Assembly (NCBI GenBank): GCA_028826165.1
Contig: JAPDFW010000011.1
Location: forward strand, 1 to 64,000
Source of the DNA: Anaeramoeba ignava BMAN
Taxonomy: Eukaryota; Protista; Anaeramoebae
DNA length: 64,000 bases
Reading direction: 5' to 3'
Positions within the stretch are counted from its first letter, which is position 1. Every line of letters starts with the position of its first letter. The position numbers and the translations under genes are program-made. The notes under the pieces were generated by a model, which was not told the origin of the DNA, did not search any database, and saw nothing but the letters and a program-made list of their open reading frames with translations. Below, one piece after another: positions 40,201-55,149 of this stretch.

Positions 40201-42424
40201 AAATTTAATTTTAATATTATTTAAATATTTGATTTAATTTTATTTTAATTTAATTTTGATTTAATTTGATTTAAATATTTTGATTTAATTTAAATATTTG
40301 ATTTTGATTTAATTTTATTTAATTTTAATATTATTTAAATAATTTATTTTGATTTAATTATTCTTAGACTTTCTATATCCCAATAAATGAGTGCCAATTA
40401 ATAGATCATGAACAAATCAAAATGTTGTTCTCGAATCTTGAGCAAATGATTGCACACCAAGAGAATATCATCAACAAACTCAAAGAAATGTACACACACA
40501 AAATAACCGAAATCGAAATTAGTAGCATTTATGAAACATTCCAAGATTCGATATTCAAAGAATGGATCCAAAATTACGAGGCATCGCTTTACGGGATGCA
40601 CCGATTGCGAAGAAACATAAGCGAATTCGACAAGGTTGTTATCGAATGCGAAAGTCGTACGTCAGAGGAGATGGATTTCTTTGACTACATCATCAAGCCG
40701 TTGAAATACATCAGCTCACTTTTCACTGTTCTTCGGGAAATTTTATTCAACATAAGCCCGACATCACGCGATTACGAGAAATTGTACGTATTATTTGACT
40801 CTACGGAAATCCTGCTGTTGAGCGCCAGCGCGTACATCTACAAATACGATCACCAGTTCGAACTGGAGGAGATTCAAGCGCGGATGACTGGATTGGGCGA
40901 TTTTGAGATTGCACATCCAGGTCGATATCTGTACCAACGAGGCCAGGTCGACCGCATCACAAACTCGAGCAAATACACGGTCAAATACTTCCTGTTTAAC
41001 GACATCATGATTCTGGCACGCCGTAAAGGTTGGAAGGAAAACCTGAAGACGGAAGCACAAATATATTACGAATCGATGTCTATCCGCGATTTGGATAACG
41101 ATCCTAAGGGAGTCATTATTAATGCGATCGAGATTGTTGATGTGAGCAGGGTTCCGCGGTACATTCTCTCTTGTGAGAAGGCAGAAACAAAGCAAATGCT
41201 CTGGAAAGAACTCACAGAATCGCTCTATGTGCGCGTTCATGGCCCAATGTTCGAGTTCTCCGAACAGCAAATTGCAGAGAACCGCCAGCTTCTCTCTGTA
41301 CAAAGCACAAAGATCCAAACAACGCGACTGGAGGATGTGCCCAAGGCGGCGCAGACAGATATGCAGAAGCGCGCAAACGTGATCCAAGAACTTTTCATGA
41401 CGGAACAAGAATATGTTCGTGATTTGCACACAATCGTCAATCACTTCCTGCTGCCTCTGGCTGAGAAAGGCATTATCCACAAGCAGGACATGCAGCCGAT
41501 CTTCTCGAACATCCGCGAAATCCTCCAGGTCAACGAGGATCTCTTCTCAACGCTCAAACTCAATCTCGAGCAAAACGGCGGCGATTATGCAAATCTTGAT
41601 GTCGGAAGAGTATTCTCGCAGAAGGCAGACTATCTCAAGTTCTACTCCGTTTACTGCCTCGCAAACAAGACAGCGCTCGAGCTCATCAAGACGAAATACA
41701 AGAAAAAGGAGCCCTTTTCAGACTACATCCGTTACTGTCGTGAATCAATCCCTGACTGTCGACAGCTAGACCTCGTAGATTTCCTTATAAAGCCTGTCCA
41801 GAGAATATGCAAATACCCTCTTCTCTTCAGGGAAATCCTTAAAACTACATCCTCAAATTCTCCCGATTATGTCAATCTCGCTAATGCTTATAACAGGATA
41901 GAAGAGGTTGCTGGTTTCATCAACAAAACAAAGAAATCGGCAGACGGAAATGCTCGTGTTAATGAGATCATGGAAAAATTTACAAACAGGAAAAAATTCA
42001 CTTATCTTTCTTCTACTAGAAAATTCATCCATGAAGGATCTCTTTATCGCTTTGAAAAAAGACACTATCTTTCCCATCTTTGGATTTTCAACGATGTTCT
42101 CTTGATCGGAAAACCAAAGAGAAAAGACAGATATTTATTAAAGGCTTTTGTTTATTTTGCAAAAGCATTTATTCGCGAATTCGAAGTTGAAAATGGTTTG
42201 TTTTTTTTTTTACATTCCAAAAAAAAATCATTCCAAATTTTTTATTTATTTATTTTTATTTTTATTTAGAATATCTCTTTCAAATTATCCCTTATCATAG
42301 CAGAACAGAATATACTTTTGCTTGTCAAACTGAAGAAGAAAGAATAGAGTGGACAAGACTTATAAAGGCTCAAATTGAACAACTTGCAAAATTAGGTCAA
42401 ATACCTTCTGATATGATTAATTGA
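37215..42424 (+). CDS. Dbl-family RhoGEF with long disordered N-terminus and two DH-PH units, 3 exons
   Basis: DH2: RANVIQELFMTEQEYVRDL...IFSNI...FLIKPVQRICKYPLLFREILKTT. Degenerate DH1: YLFKMENTFFADL...LFSNLE...YIIKPLKYI. PH: YFLFNDIMILA and LWIFNDVLLIG. Confidence 0.9.
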
Positions 42425-42539
42425 AAAAAAAATTTATTGAAAATTCTTCTATATTTCCTTTTTTTTTGTTTCTTGTTTTTTTTTTCTTTTCTCAATTCGA
42501 GAACAAATAAATATTCCAAATTAAAATTAAAATTAAAAT

Positions 42540-44438
42540 TTAAAAAAATTTCCGATTTTTATATCTAATTTCAATAACATTTTCCAATTCTTTAACTAAT
42601 GAAGTTTTCATATTTTTTTCATTTTCTGATTTATTTTCTGATTCATTATCTGATTCATTATCTAATTCATTATTCCTTCTTTTATTAATTCTTTCAAGTC
42701 TTTTCCTTTGTTTTTCTTTCAAAACTTTCATTTTTTCTTCATCTTTTTCAAAATCGAATTGTGGAGGTTTTTGCAAAGGAGGAGGTGGTGGTAATTTCAT
42801 TTCAGTTGGATTTTGATTTTGATTTTGATTTTGATTTTGATTTTGATTTTCATCTTCATTTTCATCTTCATCAGAAGGAGGTCCGGTATAACATTCAAGA
42901 ACCTCTCCTTTTGTAATCCAATCAGAAATCGATCTCTTCATTTTATATGTGTAAATATGAGCACTTGGTTCTAATGGTAATTCTGATTCTTGTGTTATTA
43001 TTGTTTCATTCAATTCTAATTTTGATTCTTTTTTCAAAGAATCTTTTTCTCCATTTAAAATTTGTTCAATTTCCTTGCGAAAATTCTCCCAGATTTCAAG
43101 ACTTTCCTCAATTTCCTCTCCTATAATGCGGAAATGCATGTTGATATCATCTTTTATTGGTAATTCTTCCTTTTCTTGATAAAAATTATTTAGTTGCTCT
43201 TCACAAAGATGAGTTCGAATTGTTATTCCTTCCAACAAATTACGGAAGTGAGAAAGAACTTCTGTTTGTTTGTTTTCTTTCTTGGTGCTTTCGATTGGGA
43301 ATTGAGGTTGATAATTTGTTATTTTTTCAAGATAATTTGATTCTTCATCCAAAAGTATCTCAAGTCTTTTTAGTCTATATGAAATTTTGAATAGTGAAAT
43401 CAACCCAACATTTTCAACCATCTTAAGTAACCATTGCTCTTGATGCTCAAATGCTGCTTGAAACTGGGATTTGATTGTAAATAAAGAAATATCTGTTTCA
43501 CTTATTCGATCCTCCTGATTAGTATTTGATGATAATTTATTTGCTAAGAAATTATCAATGTTGAGAAGAGATTGCAACAAGGCCTTGCGGACTGATATTG
43601 ATTTAAAATCCGCACTGTATTCTGTCGAAGATAAAGAGGGTAATTTATTTGAAATACGATATCCTTTGGAAATTAGTTCTGTTTTTTGAACTATTTTCAT
43701 TTTTTGCATAAACATTTCTTCAAAAAAAACCCATTTTTTGGCAATCCTTGAAAAAAGTCCGATATTCGATTTATGAACTAACAAAACAAATATTGATTGA
43801 AGGGAAATTAGCAACAAATAATTGAAAGCTACATGCAAAATTTTTTGCAGTAAATTTTCCTTCACAAAACTATTTGGTTTAAATTTGTGCATAATAAATA
43901 TCATCAAAATTAATTCTGTTGAAAAGAAAATCGCTCTTAATTTTCTCCAAGAATTTCCTAGTATTTTCTTATTTGGAATATAAAGCATATGGATGATTTT
44001 TGCTTTTCTAAGAATTTCCACATATTGCTCGGCAAAATTATTAGAACTTTGCTCGAATTTGAATAAAATTTGAAATAATTTTTGCATAAAATGGAGTAAA
44101 AACTTGAGCAAAACCAAAATTTTTAAATAGGTATTTTTTAAAATGTATTTCCTTATTGATAAAGTTGTTTGATTTTTTGGCTTTTCTTTTTTATTGTTAT
44201 TGTCATTATTAAAGATTGAAGGATAATCAATAAACGTTGCGATATTTTTGGGGTGAATTTGATTTTCTTTTTGGAAAGTTGGTTTTATTGTGGATTCTTG
44301 TTTAAAATTTATATCAAATTGAAGTTCAGATTGAAGAGAGTTTTCTTGGTTTTGAGGATTATTTTGAATAGATAAAAGATAATTTCCAAGTGGAGAATTA
44401 TTAAAAACAATTTCATCTGTTGAGAAATGAGAATTCAT
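42540..44438 (-). CDS. Vezatin-like protein
   Basis: Two hydrophobic segments followed by QKTELISKGYRISNKLPSLS, which resembles the vezatin ELxSRGYRIS motif. Start taken at MNSHF. Confidence 0.5.
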   Translation of the reverse strand: MNSHFSTDEIVFNNSPLGNYLLSIQNNPQNQENSLQSELQFDINFKQESTIKPTFQKENQIHPKNIATFIDYPSIFNNDNNNKKEKPKNQTTLSIRKYILKNTYLKILVLLKFLLHFMQKLFQILFKFEQSSNNFAEQYVEILRKAKIIHMLYIPNKKILGNSWRKLRAIFFSTELILMIFIMHKFKPNSFVKENLLQKILHVAFNYLLLISLQSIFVLLVHKSNIGLFSRIAKKWVFFEEMFMQKMKIVQKTELISKGYRISNKLPSLSSTEYSADFKSISVRKALLQSLLNIDNFLANKLSSNTNQEDRISETDISLFTIKSQFQAAFEHQEQWLLKMVENVGLISLFKISYRLKRLEILLDEESNYLEKITNYQPQFPIESTKKENKQTEVLSHFRNLLEGITIRTHLCEEQLNNFYQEKEELPIKDDINMHFRIIGEEIEESLEIWENFRKEIEQILNGEKDSLKKESKLELNETIITQESELPLEPSAHIYTYKMKRSISDWITKGEVLECYTGPPSDEDENEDENQNQNQNQNQNQNPTEMKLPPPPPLQKPPQFDFEKDEEKMKVLKEKQRKRLERINKRRNNELDNESDNESENKSENEKNMKTSLVKELENVIEIRYKNRKFF

Positions 44439-44545
44439 TTTCAATTTGATTTTTTTTTTTGAAAAGAAAAAAAAATGATTTTTCATTTTTCATTTTTTTC
44501 ATTTTTTTCATTTTTCATTTTTCTCATTTTTAATCAATAAAAAAA

Positions 44546-47500
44546 ATGTCAAAATTTGTTTCTCATTCAAGTAGTGAAACTTATTATAAAAATCAACTTG
44601 ATATTATCACAAAAGAAAATAAATCTATTAAAGACAAAAGTCAAATACTTGAGAAACAAAATTTAGAATTACAAAAATCTTTATATGAATTAGGATTTAA
44701 TTATCGTCATTTATTAAATTTAATGAATAAAACAAGTCATAACTATTCAACAAATTTTCAAGTTAATTTTATAATTTAAAATTATAATTTTTAAATTTTA
44801 TCTGATAAATTTAAACAATTTTAGAATGATTTAGATCTTTCCATCTTTTTAAATCTTGAGCCAAAAAAAGAAATGAGTGTTGAATCTTTTAGAGATGGTA
44901 TCAATAAATTATTCCGAAATTTTACATTTCTTGAAATTTTGAAATTTAATTTTTTTCTTTTTCTTCTTCTTCTTAAAAAAAAAACACAATATAAATTTAA
45001 AAGGAACAAACTTTAAATTTATTGAAGAATTTGAAGTAATTTTATCTCAAGGAAAAATTTCTCTTGTTTTTTAATCAATAAATTTATTAGGGTCATGAGG
45101 GAGCTGTTTATGCTGTTAGATTTTCAAAATGTGGGAAATTTCTTGCTTCTTGTTCATTTGATCATACAATTCATATATTAAAAGGATTTAATCAGAAAGT
45201 AATCCAAAAAAAAAAATTTTATTTTTTTTCAACAACTTGAACTAGCAAAAAAATATATATATATAAATTTGTTTTCTTTCATAAGCCATTTGTATTATCT
45301 AAATTGCATTCCGAAGTTATTTCTGATATTAAATGGTCTTATAATTCAGATTTTCTACTTTCGGGAGGATATGATCATATTGTAAATATTTTTGATGTAG
45401 GAAAATCTGAGTTAGCTCATTCATTTTTTATTGAAGAACCAGGTTTAATTCAAACAGTTGAATTTTCATCAGAAAACGAGAATATAATTTATGTTGGATC
45501 ATCAAATAAATCAATATATTTATTTGATGCTCGATCAAGTAACAATTCTAAGAGTTCAATTATTAGTGAAATCAAAGCAAATTCTTCAGTTAATACTTTA
45601 GCTTCCTTGCCAACAAATAATCATTTACTTCTTGCTGGCACATCTAAAGGTAAAGAATTTCTTAATTTTTCCATTTCAATCCAAATCCAAAAATTTGGAA
45701 TGAAATTTTGTGTTTTTTTTTTTCTCTTCTTCAAAAAAAAATCAAAAGGAATTTTGGAAATTTTTGATCTTCGAAAAAAAAAATCTTGTTTGGAAAGTAT
45801 TCAGAATAGTTCGGAACCAATTTCGCATATTTCTGTATCTCAAAATAAAATGAAAGATATTAGTTATGGAGAGTTTTTTATTGGTTTGAATTCATATGAT
45901 AATGGTAATAATTAATTAAAAATTTATTCATTAAATAATTAATTAAAAATTTATTCATTAAATAATTTATTAAAAATTCATTAATTTGGATAAAGTTATA
46001 CGAGTTTATGAATCAAGTAAAATGAAAGTAATTAGTACTTGTGTTGGGCATTCAAATAAAAATTTACCTATTAAAGGTTCTTTTTGTATTAATTGTTTTA
46101 TGGAGAAAAAGTATAAATTTGAAAATCAAAATCAAAATCAAAATCAAAATCAAAATCAAAATCAAAATCCAAATCCAAATCAAAATCAAAATCAAAATCA
46201 AAATCAAAATCAAAATCAATTTAAATCCAAATTAAATAAAATCAAAATCAAAATCAAATAATTAAATTAAATAAATCAAAATCAAAATCAAAATCAAAAT
46301 CAAAATTAAAATTAAAATCAAAATCAAATTCAAATCCAAATCAAATAAAGGATCAAAATTGATCAATTCTAATTCAATTCAAATTCAATATTTAATTTAA
46401 AATTAATCAATCCTAATTCAATATTAATTCAAATCAAATTCAATTCAATATTTAATTTAAAATTGATCAATTCCAAATCAAATAATCAAATTTCAAAATA
46501 ATTCAAATAAAGGATCAAAATTGATCAATTCTAATTCAATTCAATTCAATTCTAATTCAATTCCAATTCAAATTCAATATTTAATTTAAAATTAATCAAT
46601 CCTAATTCAATTCCAAAAATTTTTAAAAAAAGGGAATAAAATTAATTTATAAATTATAATTATCAAATTCAATTTAATTCAATTTAATTTAATTCAATTC
46701 AATATTCAATTCAATATTTAATTTAAAATTGATCAATTCCAAATCAAATAATCAAATTTCAAAATAATTCAAATAAAGGATCAAAATTGATCAATTCTAA
46801 TTCAATTCAATTCAATTCTAATTCAATTCCAATTCAAATTCAATATTTAATTTAAAATTAATCAATCCTAATTCAATTCCAAAAATTTTTAAAAAAAGGG
46901 AATAAAATTAATTTATAAATTATAATTATCAAATTCAATTTAATTCAATTCAATTTAATTCAATTCAATCCTAATTCAATTCAATTCAATTCAATTTAAT
47001 TTAATATTTAATTTAAAATTGATCAATTCCAAATCAAATAATCAAATTTCAAAATAATTCAAATAAAGGATCAAAATTGATCAATTCTAATTCAATTCAA
47101 TTCAATTCTAATTCAATTCCAATTCAAATTCAATATTTAATATAAAATTAATCAATTCTAATTCAATTCCAAAAATTTTTAAAAAAAGGGAATAAAATTA
47201 ATTTATAAATTATAATTATCAAATTCAATTCAAATTCAATTCAATTCAATTTAATTCAATTCAATTCAATTCAATTCAATTCAATTCAATTCAATATTCA
47301 ATTCAATATTTAATTTAAAATTGATCAATTCCAAATCAAATAATCAAATTTCAAAACCAAATTCAAATAAAGGATCAAAATTGATCAATTCTAATTCAAT
47401 TCAATTCTAATTCAATTCAATTCCATTTCAATATTCAATATTTAATTTAAAATTAATCAATCCTAATTCAATTCCAAAAATTTTTAAAAAAAGGGAATAA

Positions 47501-48781
47501 AATTAAATTATAAATTATAATTATCAAATTCAATTCAAATTCAATTCAATTTAATTTAATTCAATTCAATTCAATTCAATTCAATATTCAATTCAATATT
47601 TAATTTAAAATTGATCAATTCTAATTCAATTCAATTCTAATTTAATATTCAATTTAAAATTAATCAATTCCAAATCAAATAATCAAATTTCAAAATAATT
47701 CAAATAAAGGATCAAAATTGATCAATTCTAATTCAATTCCATTCTAATTTAATATTTAATTTAAAATTAATCAATCCTAATTCAATTCCAAAAATTTTTA
47801 AAAAAAGGGAATAAAATTAATTTATAAATTATAATTATTAACTTCAATTTCAATTCAATTCAATTTAATTCAATTCAATTCAATTCAATTCAATTCAATT
47901 CAATTCAATATTTAATTTCAAATTGATCAATCCTAATTCAATTCCAAAAATTTTTAAAAAAGGGAATAAAATTAATTTATAAATTATAATTATCAAATTC
48001 AATTTAATTTAATTCAATTCAATTCAAATTCAATATTCAATTTAATATTTAATTTAAAATTGATCAATTCCAAATCAAATAATCAAATTCAAATCCAAAT
48101 TCAAATAAAGGATCAAAATTGATCAATTCTAATTCAATTCAATTTAATTCAATATTTAATTTAAAATTAATCAATCCTAATTCAATTCCAAAAATTTTTA
48201 AAAAAAGGAATAAAATTAATTTATAATTTATAATTATCAAATTCAATTCAAATTCAATTCAATTTAATTTAATTCAATTCAATATTTAATTCAATTCAAT
48301 CCTAATTCAATTCCAAAAATTTTCAAAAAGGGGATCGAATTTAAATTATAAATTTTAATTATCAAATTCAATTTTAATTCAATTTTAATTCAATATTCAG
48401 ATTCAATATTCAATTCCAATACAAAAAACAACAAATAAAATTGAATAAAATTAAATTACAACTCATCATAATAATTAAAAAAAATCCACTTTTTTGAATC
48501 CACAAATTTCAAATAGTCAAAATCTTGACAAAGAAAAGAAGGAAAAAGTATTATTTGCAACAGGAAGCTCGGATCATAAAGTTTATATCTTCGATATAAA
48601 GAAAGAAACAGAAATTCAACCACTTCAAGTTATTGAAGATTATTCTGGTGTTGTAAATTGTGTTGATTTTCATCCTAAAGTTCCTTTATTAGCAACCGGC
48701 TCTTCTGACTTTTCAATTAAATTGTGGGGATCAACTCAATTAGATTTTACTGATTTTAATTCTTTTGCTGATTTAAGATAA
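44546..48781 (+). CDS. WD40-repeat protein with N-terminal coiled coil, multi-exon
   Basis: GHEGAVYAVRFSKCGKFLASCSFDHT, LLSGGYDHIVNIFD, FATGSSDHKVYIFD, LLATGSSDFSIKLW. Confidence 0.8.
46120..48400. repeat. Intronic higher-order repeat: ~290-bp units built on AATTC pentamers
   Basis: Landmarks 'aaataaaggatcaaaattgatcaattct' and 'ccaaaaatttttaaaaaaagggaataaaatt' each recur about 7-8 times. Confidence 0.85.
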
Positions 48782-49302
48782 AAATTTATTTTGATCTTTA
48801 ATTATATTTTTTATTTCAAAAAATAATAAAAAAGATTTAATTCATTTATAAATTAAAACTTAAACTTAAAACTTAAACTCTTTTTTTTTTTTGCTTTTTT
48901 GCTTTTTTGCTTTTTTGCCTTTTTTTGATTTTAAGTGGAAAATTGTTTGTATTTAAATCTTTAGTTTAATTTATTGATTTATTTTAATTGATTATTGATA
49001 TTTTTTATTTATATTTTGATTTTGATTAAAAAAAATAAAAAGGGGAAAAAAAAATTTAAAAAAAGATCAATAAAAAAAAAATAAATAAAAAAGGAGAAAT
49101 TCCTCAAAAAAAAATAAATAAAAAAAATAAAAAATAAAAAAATAAAAAATTCCTCATTTTTTTCTTTTCATTTAATTTTTTTTTTTGATTGATTGAGATT
49201 TTCTTTATTCCAAAAAAAAAACAAACAAAAACAACATAAATCAAAAAATCAAATAAAAAAATCTAAAATAAATATAAAATAAAAATTATAACGAAAATAA
49301 AA

Positions 49303-50631
49303 ATGAATATCTGCAAATTTACACCAGATTTACCTTGGTTATCAAATAATACACAAGATCCAGTTTACAGTTTTTCTTTTGATGATACATCTTCAAATAT
49401 GTTTATTCCAAATCCTGAACAACCTTATTTAATGACTACAAATTCTGTTGGAGAAGATAATACACATTCTTTTAATATTTCAAATCATGGTTTGTTTTTC
49501 AAAAAAAAAAAAATCCAAAAAAAAAATAATAAGAAAAAACAACAACTTTTAATTAAATTTTTTTTTTGAATAAATGAAAATCAATTGAAATTTTAATTGA
49601 ATTTTTAATTGAAATTTTAATTGAAATTTTAATTAAATTTTTTTTTTGAATAAATGAAAATCAATTAAATTTTTAATTGAATTTTTAATTGAAATTTTTA
49701 ATTGAATTTTTAATTTAATTTTAATTGAATTTTTATTGGAATTTTAATTGATTTTTAATTGAAATTTTAATTGAATTTTTATTTAAATTTTTAATTGAAA
49801 TTTAATTTAAATTTTAATTTAATTTTAATTTAATTTTAATTTAATTTTAATTTAATTTTAATTGAATTTTTAATTGAAATTTTTAATTGAATTTTTAATT
49901 GAAATTTTTAATTGAATTTTTAATTGAAATTTTAATTGAATTGTTTTCTCACTTTTTTAGAAAAATTTTTTTCTTTTGTTTATTAATTAATTTTAAAAAT
50001 TTTTTTTATTAATAGATGGTTGTTGTAATTCTTGTTGCAATTGGTACTTATTTTTACTTTTTATTATTTTTATTATTATTAAAACAAACAAATATTTATT
50101 GAATTTAAAAAAAAATTTTTTTTGTGGAAATTTAAATTTTATAGTGATTGTGGAATTTGTGATTGTTGTTTCCATGATAGTTGTTGTCTTGGTTGCTCAA
50201 ATATTGGAACTTGTGATTGTGATTGTGGTCATTCTGTTGATAATAATGTTTGTCCAAGGTAAATTAATAAAAAATTAAATTAAATTAAATTAAATTAACG
50301 ATATTTAAATTTTTCTTTTTATTTTAATTCCTTCTTTCTGATCTTCTTTATTTAATTTTAGTGATTCATGGTTTGTTTTAATTTTAATTTTAATTTTTTA
50401 ATTTTAATTTTAATTTTTTAATTTATTAATTTTTTAATTTTATCTTCTTCTTTCCTATTTTTCTTTTTACTTATATTTTTACAGTGGAGGTCATGGGTAT
50501 GTTTTTATTAAAATAATATTTTAAACCCCAAAATTCTTTTATTAATTTTTTGATCAAAAACAAAAACTTATTTTTTATTTTTTTATTTATTATTTTTTAT
50601 TTAATTAATTAATAGGTGTCTTGTTAATTGA
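49303..50631 (+). CDS. Small Cys-rich protein with C-terminal CaaX-like motif, 6 exons
   Basis: Exons 49303-49489, 50016-50043, 50145-50258, 50362-50370, 50485-50496 and 50616-50631 splice in frame to ...DGCCNSCCNCDCGICDCCFHDSCCLGCSNIGTCDCDCGHSVDNNVCPSDSCGGHGCLVN*. Confidence 0.7.
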
Positions 50632-51043
50632 ACTCAAATAATCTTCTTTAAAACAATATTTTTAAACTCAATTTGTTATTTTTTTTTTGCTTTTCTTTCT
50701 CTTTTTCTTTCTCTTTTTCTTTTTCACTTTTTTTCCACTTTTTTTTTTTCTTCACTCTATTTGTAAATAAAATTTTATTTACTTTTTAATTTTAATTTTT
50801 GTTTTAATTTTATTTTAATTTTGTTTTAATTTTAATTTTTATTTTGTTTTGATTTTATATTTATTTGCTAAATTAAATTAAATTTTTCTTCTTTTCATTT
50901 TTGATTTTTTTTTAATTAAAAACAAAAATTAATAATTTTAATAAGAATTAATAATAATAAAAAAAGGAAAAATAATTAAAATTAAAAATTTTTTATTTTA
51001 TTTTCATTTTTCATTTTTCATTTTTAATTAAATAATTTAATAA

Positions 51044-53425
51044 ATGCCAAGAGAAATTATAACTTTACAAGTTGGACAATGTCTTTAAAATCAAATAAAG
51101 TATAAAAATAAATATTAAATATAAATAAAAATAAAAATAAAAATATAAATAAAAATAAATGAATTTCTTTATTATTTTATCTTGAACCAAGAGTATTGTT
51201 GTGAATTTTGGAAACATTTATGTGCAGAACACGGAATTTCACCACAAGGAGAATTAGAAGATTTTGCAAATGAAGGAGGAGATAGAAAAGATGTTTTTTT
51301 TTATCAAGTAATTTCTTTAAATATAAATAAATATAAATAAAAATAAATATAAATATAAATATAAATATATTTAAATAGGCAGATGACCAACATTATGTAC
51401 CAAGAGCTTTATTATTTGATCTTGAACCAAGAGTATTGTTGAAATTTTAGCTTCTTTTCTTTATAAAAAAAATATTGAATTTAAGTTGATGAAATACATA
51501 GATCAATTACAAAATCATTTATCAATTACAAAATCATTTATCAATTATCATTTATCATTTATCATTTATAATTTATAATTTATAATTTATCATTTATTAT
51601 TTATGATTTATTAAATATGCTTTTGTATAATATGAATTAATTGAAAAATCTATATATATATATTTTTTTTTCTAAAGGTTATCCAAACAATTCAACAATC
51701 ACCTTATGCTAATCTTTATAATCCAGAAAATATTAATATTGCGAAATCTAGTGCTGGAGCTGGAAATAATTGGGGTTCTGGTAATTAGAGGAAATTTAAA
51801 AGAAATTTAAAATCAAATTGCAAAAAAAAGAAAAACAATTTAATATTTAATTTAATATTGAATTTAATATTTAATTTAATTTAATTTAATTTTAATTAAT
51901 TTTAATTTTAATTTTAATTTTATTTTTAATATTTATTTTATTTTTAATTTAATTTTAATATTTATTTTAATTTAATTTAATTTTAATTCAATTTCTTTTT
52001 TTTTTAAAAAAAAAAGGATACGATCAGGCAGAAGGAATGCACGAAGAAATTATGGAGATGATAGATCGAGAAGCAGATGGAAGCGACAGCCTTGAGGGAT
52101 TTGTACTTTGCCACTCCATAGCAGGAGGAACAGGGTCTGGAATGGGGTCTTATTTATTAGAGCAATTGAACGACAACTATCCAAAAAAACTTATTCAAAC
52201 GTACTCAGTATTTCCGAACCACCTTGAGTCTAGCGACGTAGTAGTCCAGCCTTACAACTCTATCCTAACACTGAAGCGGTTGATACTTCACTCTGATTGC
52301 GTTGTGGTTCTCGATAACACAGCGCTTCTTAACATTGCAACTGATCGGTTGCACATAGTAAACCCGACATTCTCACACATGAATCACTTAGTATCAACCG
52401 TAATGGCAGCAAGCACCACAACATTGCGGTATCCAGGCTACATGAACAACGATCTTGTCGGGCTGATAGCAGGCTTAGTGCCTACACCGCGATGCCACTT
52501 TATCATGACGGGATACACCCCGATCACAATTGACAAAAACATCAAGCAAAATGTGCGAAAGACATCTGTCCCGGATGTGATGCGCAGATTGCTTCAACCA
52601 AAGAATATCATGGTGTCGAGTCCCACGCGCAAGGGGTATTATGTCTCTATTCTCAACATCATCCAGGGCGAGGTCGACCCTACTGAAGTCCATAAGGGCT
52701 TGCAGAGGATCCGCGAGAGAAAACTTGCTCAATTTATTTCTTGGGGTCCTTCTTCCATTCAGGTCGCTCTTTCGAAGAAATCACCTTATGTTAAAACTTC
52801 TCATAGAGTCTCGGGACTCATGATGGCTAACCACACTTCTATTACTGAACTCTTCACCAGAACCCTTATGCAATATGAGAAACTTAGGAAGAGAAACGCC
52901 TTCCTTGACGGTTATACAAAACATTCCCTTTTCGGAGAAAGTCTTGATGAGTTCGATAATGCAAAGCAGATCATCCTTAATTTGGTCGATGAATATCGCG
53001 CAAGTGAATATCCTGATTATATAAATTGGGCAAAACAACAGCAGATTAATTTATCAAAGAAAAATGGGGTTGATTCCACTGAAATGAGTGAACTCAATGA
53101 TTTTCGGATAAAACAAAATTTAAAACAAAATTTAACTCAAAATCAAAATCAAAACCAAAATCAAAATCAAATTCAAAATCAAAATCTAAACAAAAACTTA
53201 AATTTCTTAAATACACAAAAAGAACACTCAATCAAATTCTCTTCCCCAATTGTGGACCAATTTCCATTGATCCAAAATACTCCTGATAACTCTAAAATTC
53301 GTAATCTTAGAAATGTGAATTATGAACAATCTTTCGATCAAAAAACATCTATTCCTTCTCGCAAAGTAAATTTCCAATTAAATCCACCTTTTATGGCAGA
53401 AATGAATCAAGAAGAGAAGAAATGA
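51044..53425 (+). CDS. TUBG1: Gamma-tubulin
   Basis: [84 protein letters not shown]. The start of exon 2 is anomalous. Confidence 0.95.
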
Positions 53426-53571
53426 GATTTTTGCAAGAATAAGTTTTATTTTTTTTCTTTATTGAAATTTGAATTTTTCAAATAAATAATTTTTATAAAA
53501 TAATTTTTCATTTTTTTCATTTTTCATTTTTTTCATTTTTCATTTTTATTGTATAAAAATTTTAAAATTAA

Positions 53572-55011
<1,440 letters not shown>

Positions 55012-55149
55012 TTTTTTCTTTCTTTCTCTTATTCTCTCTCACTTTTTTTTTTTTCTCTGAGATGATTAAAAACGCAATAGACAGAAATAATTTTAAAATA
55101 AATTCCATTTTTCATTTTTCATTTTTCATTTTTCATTTCCCTTTTTCAA

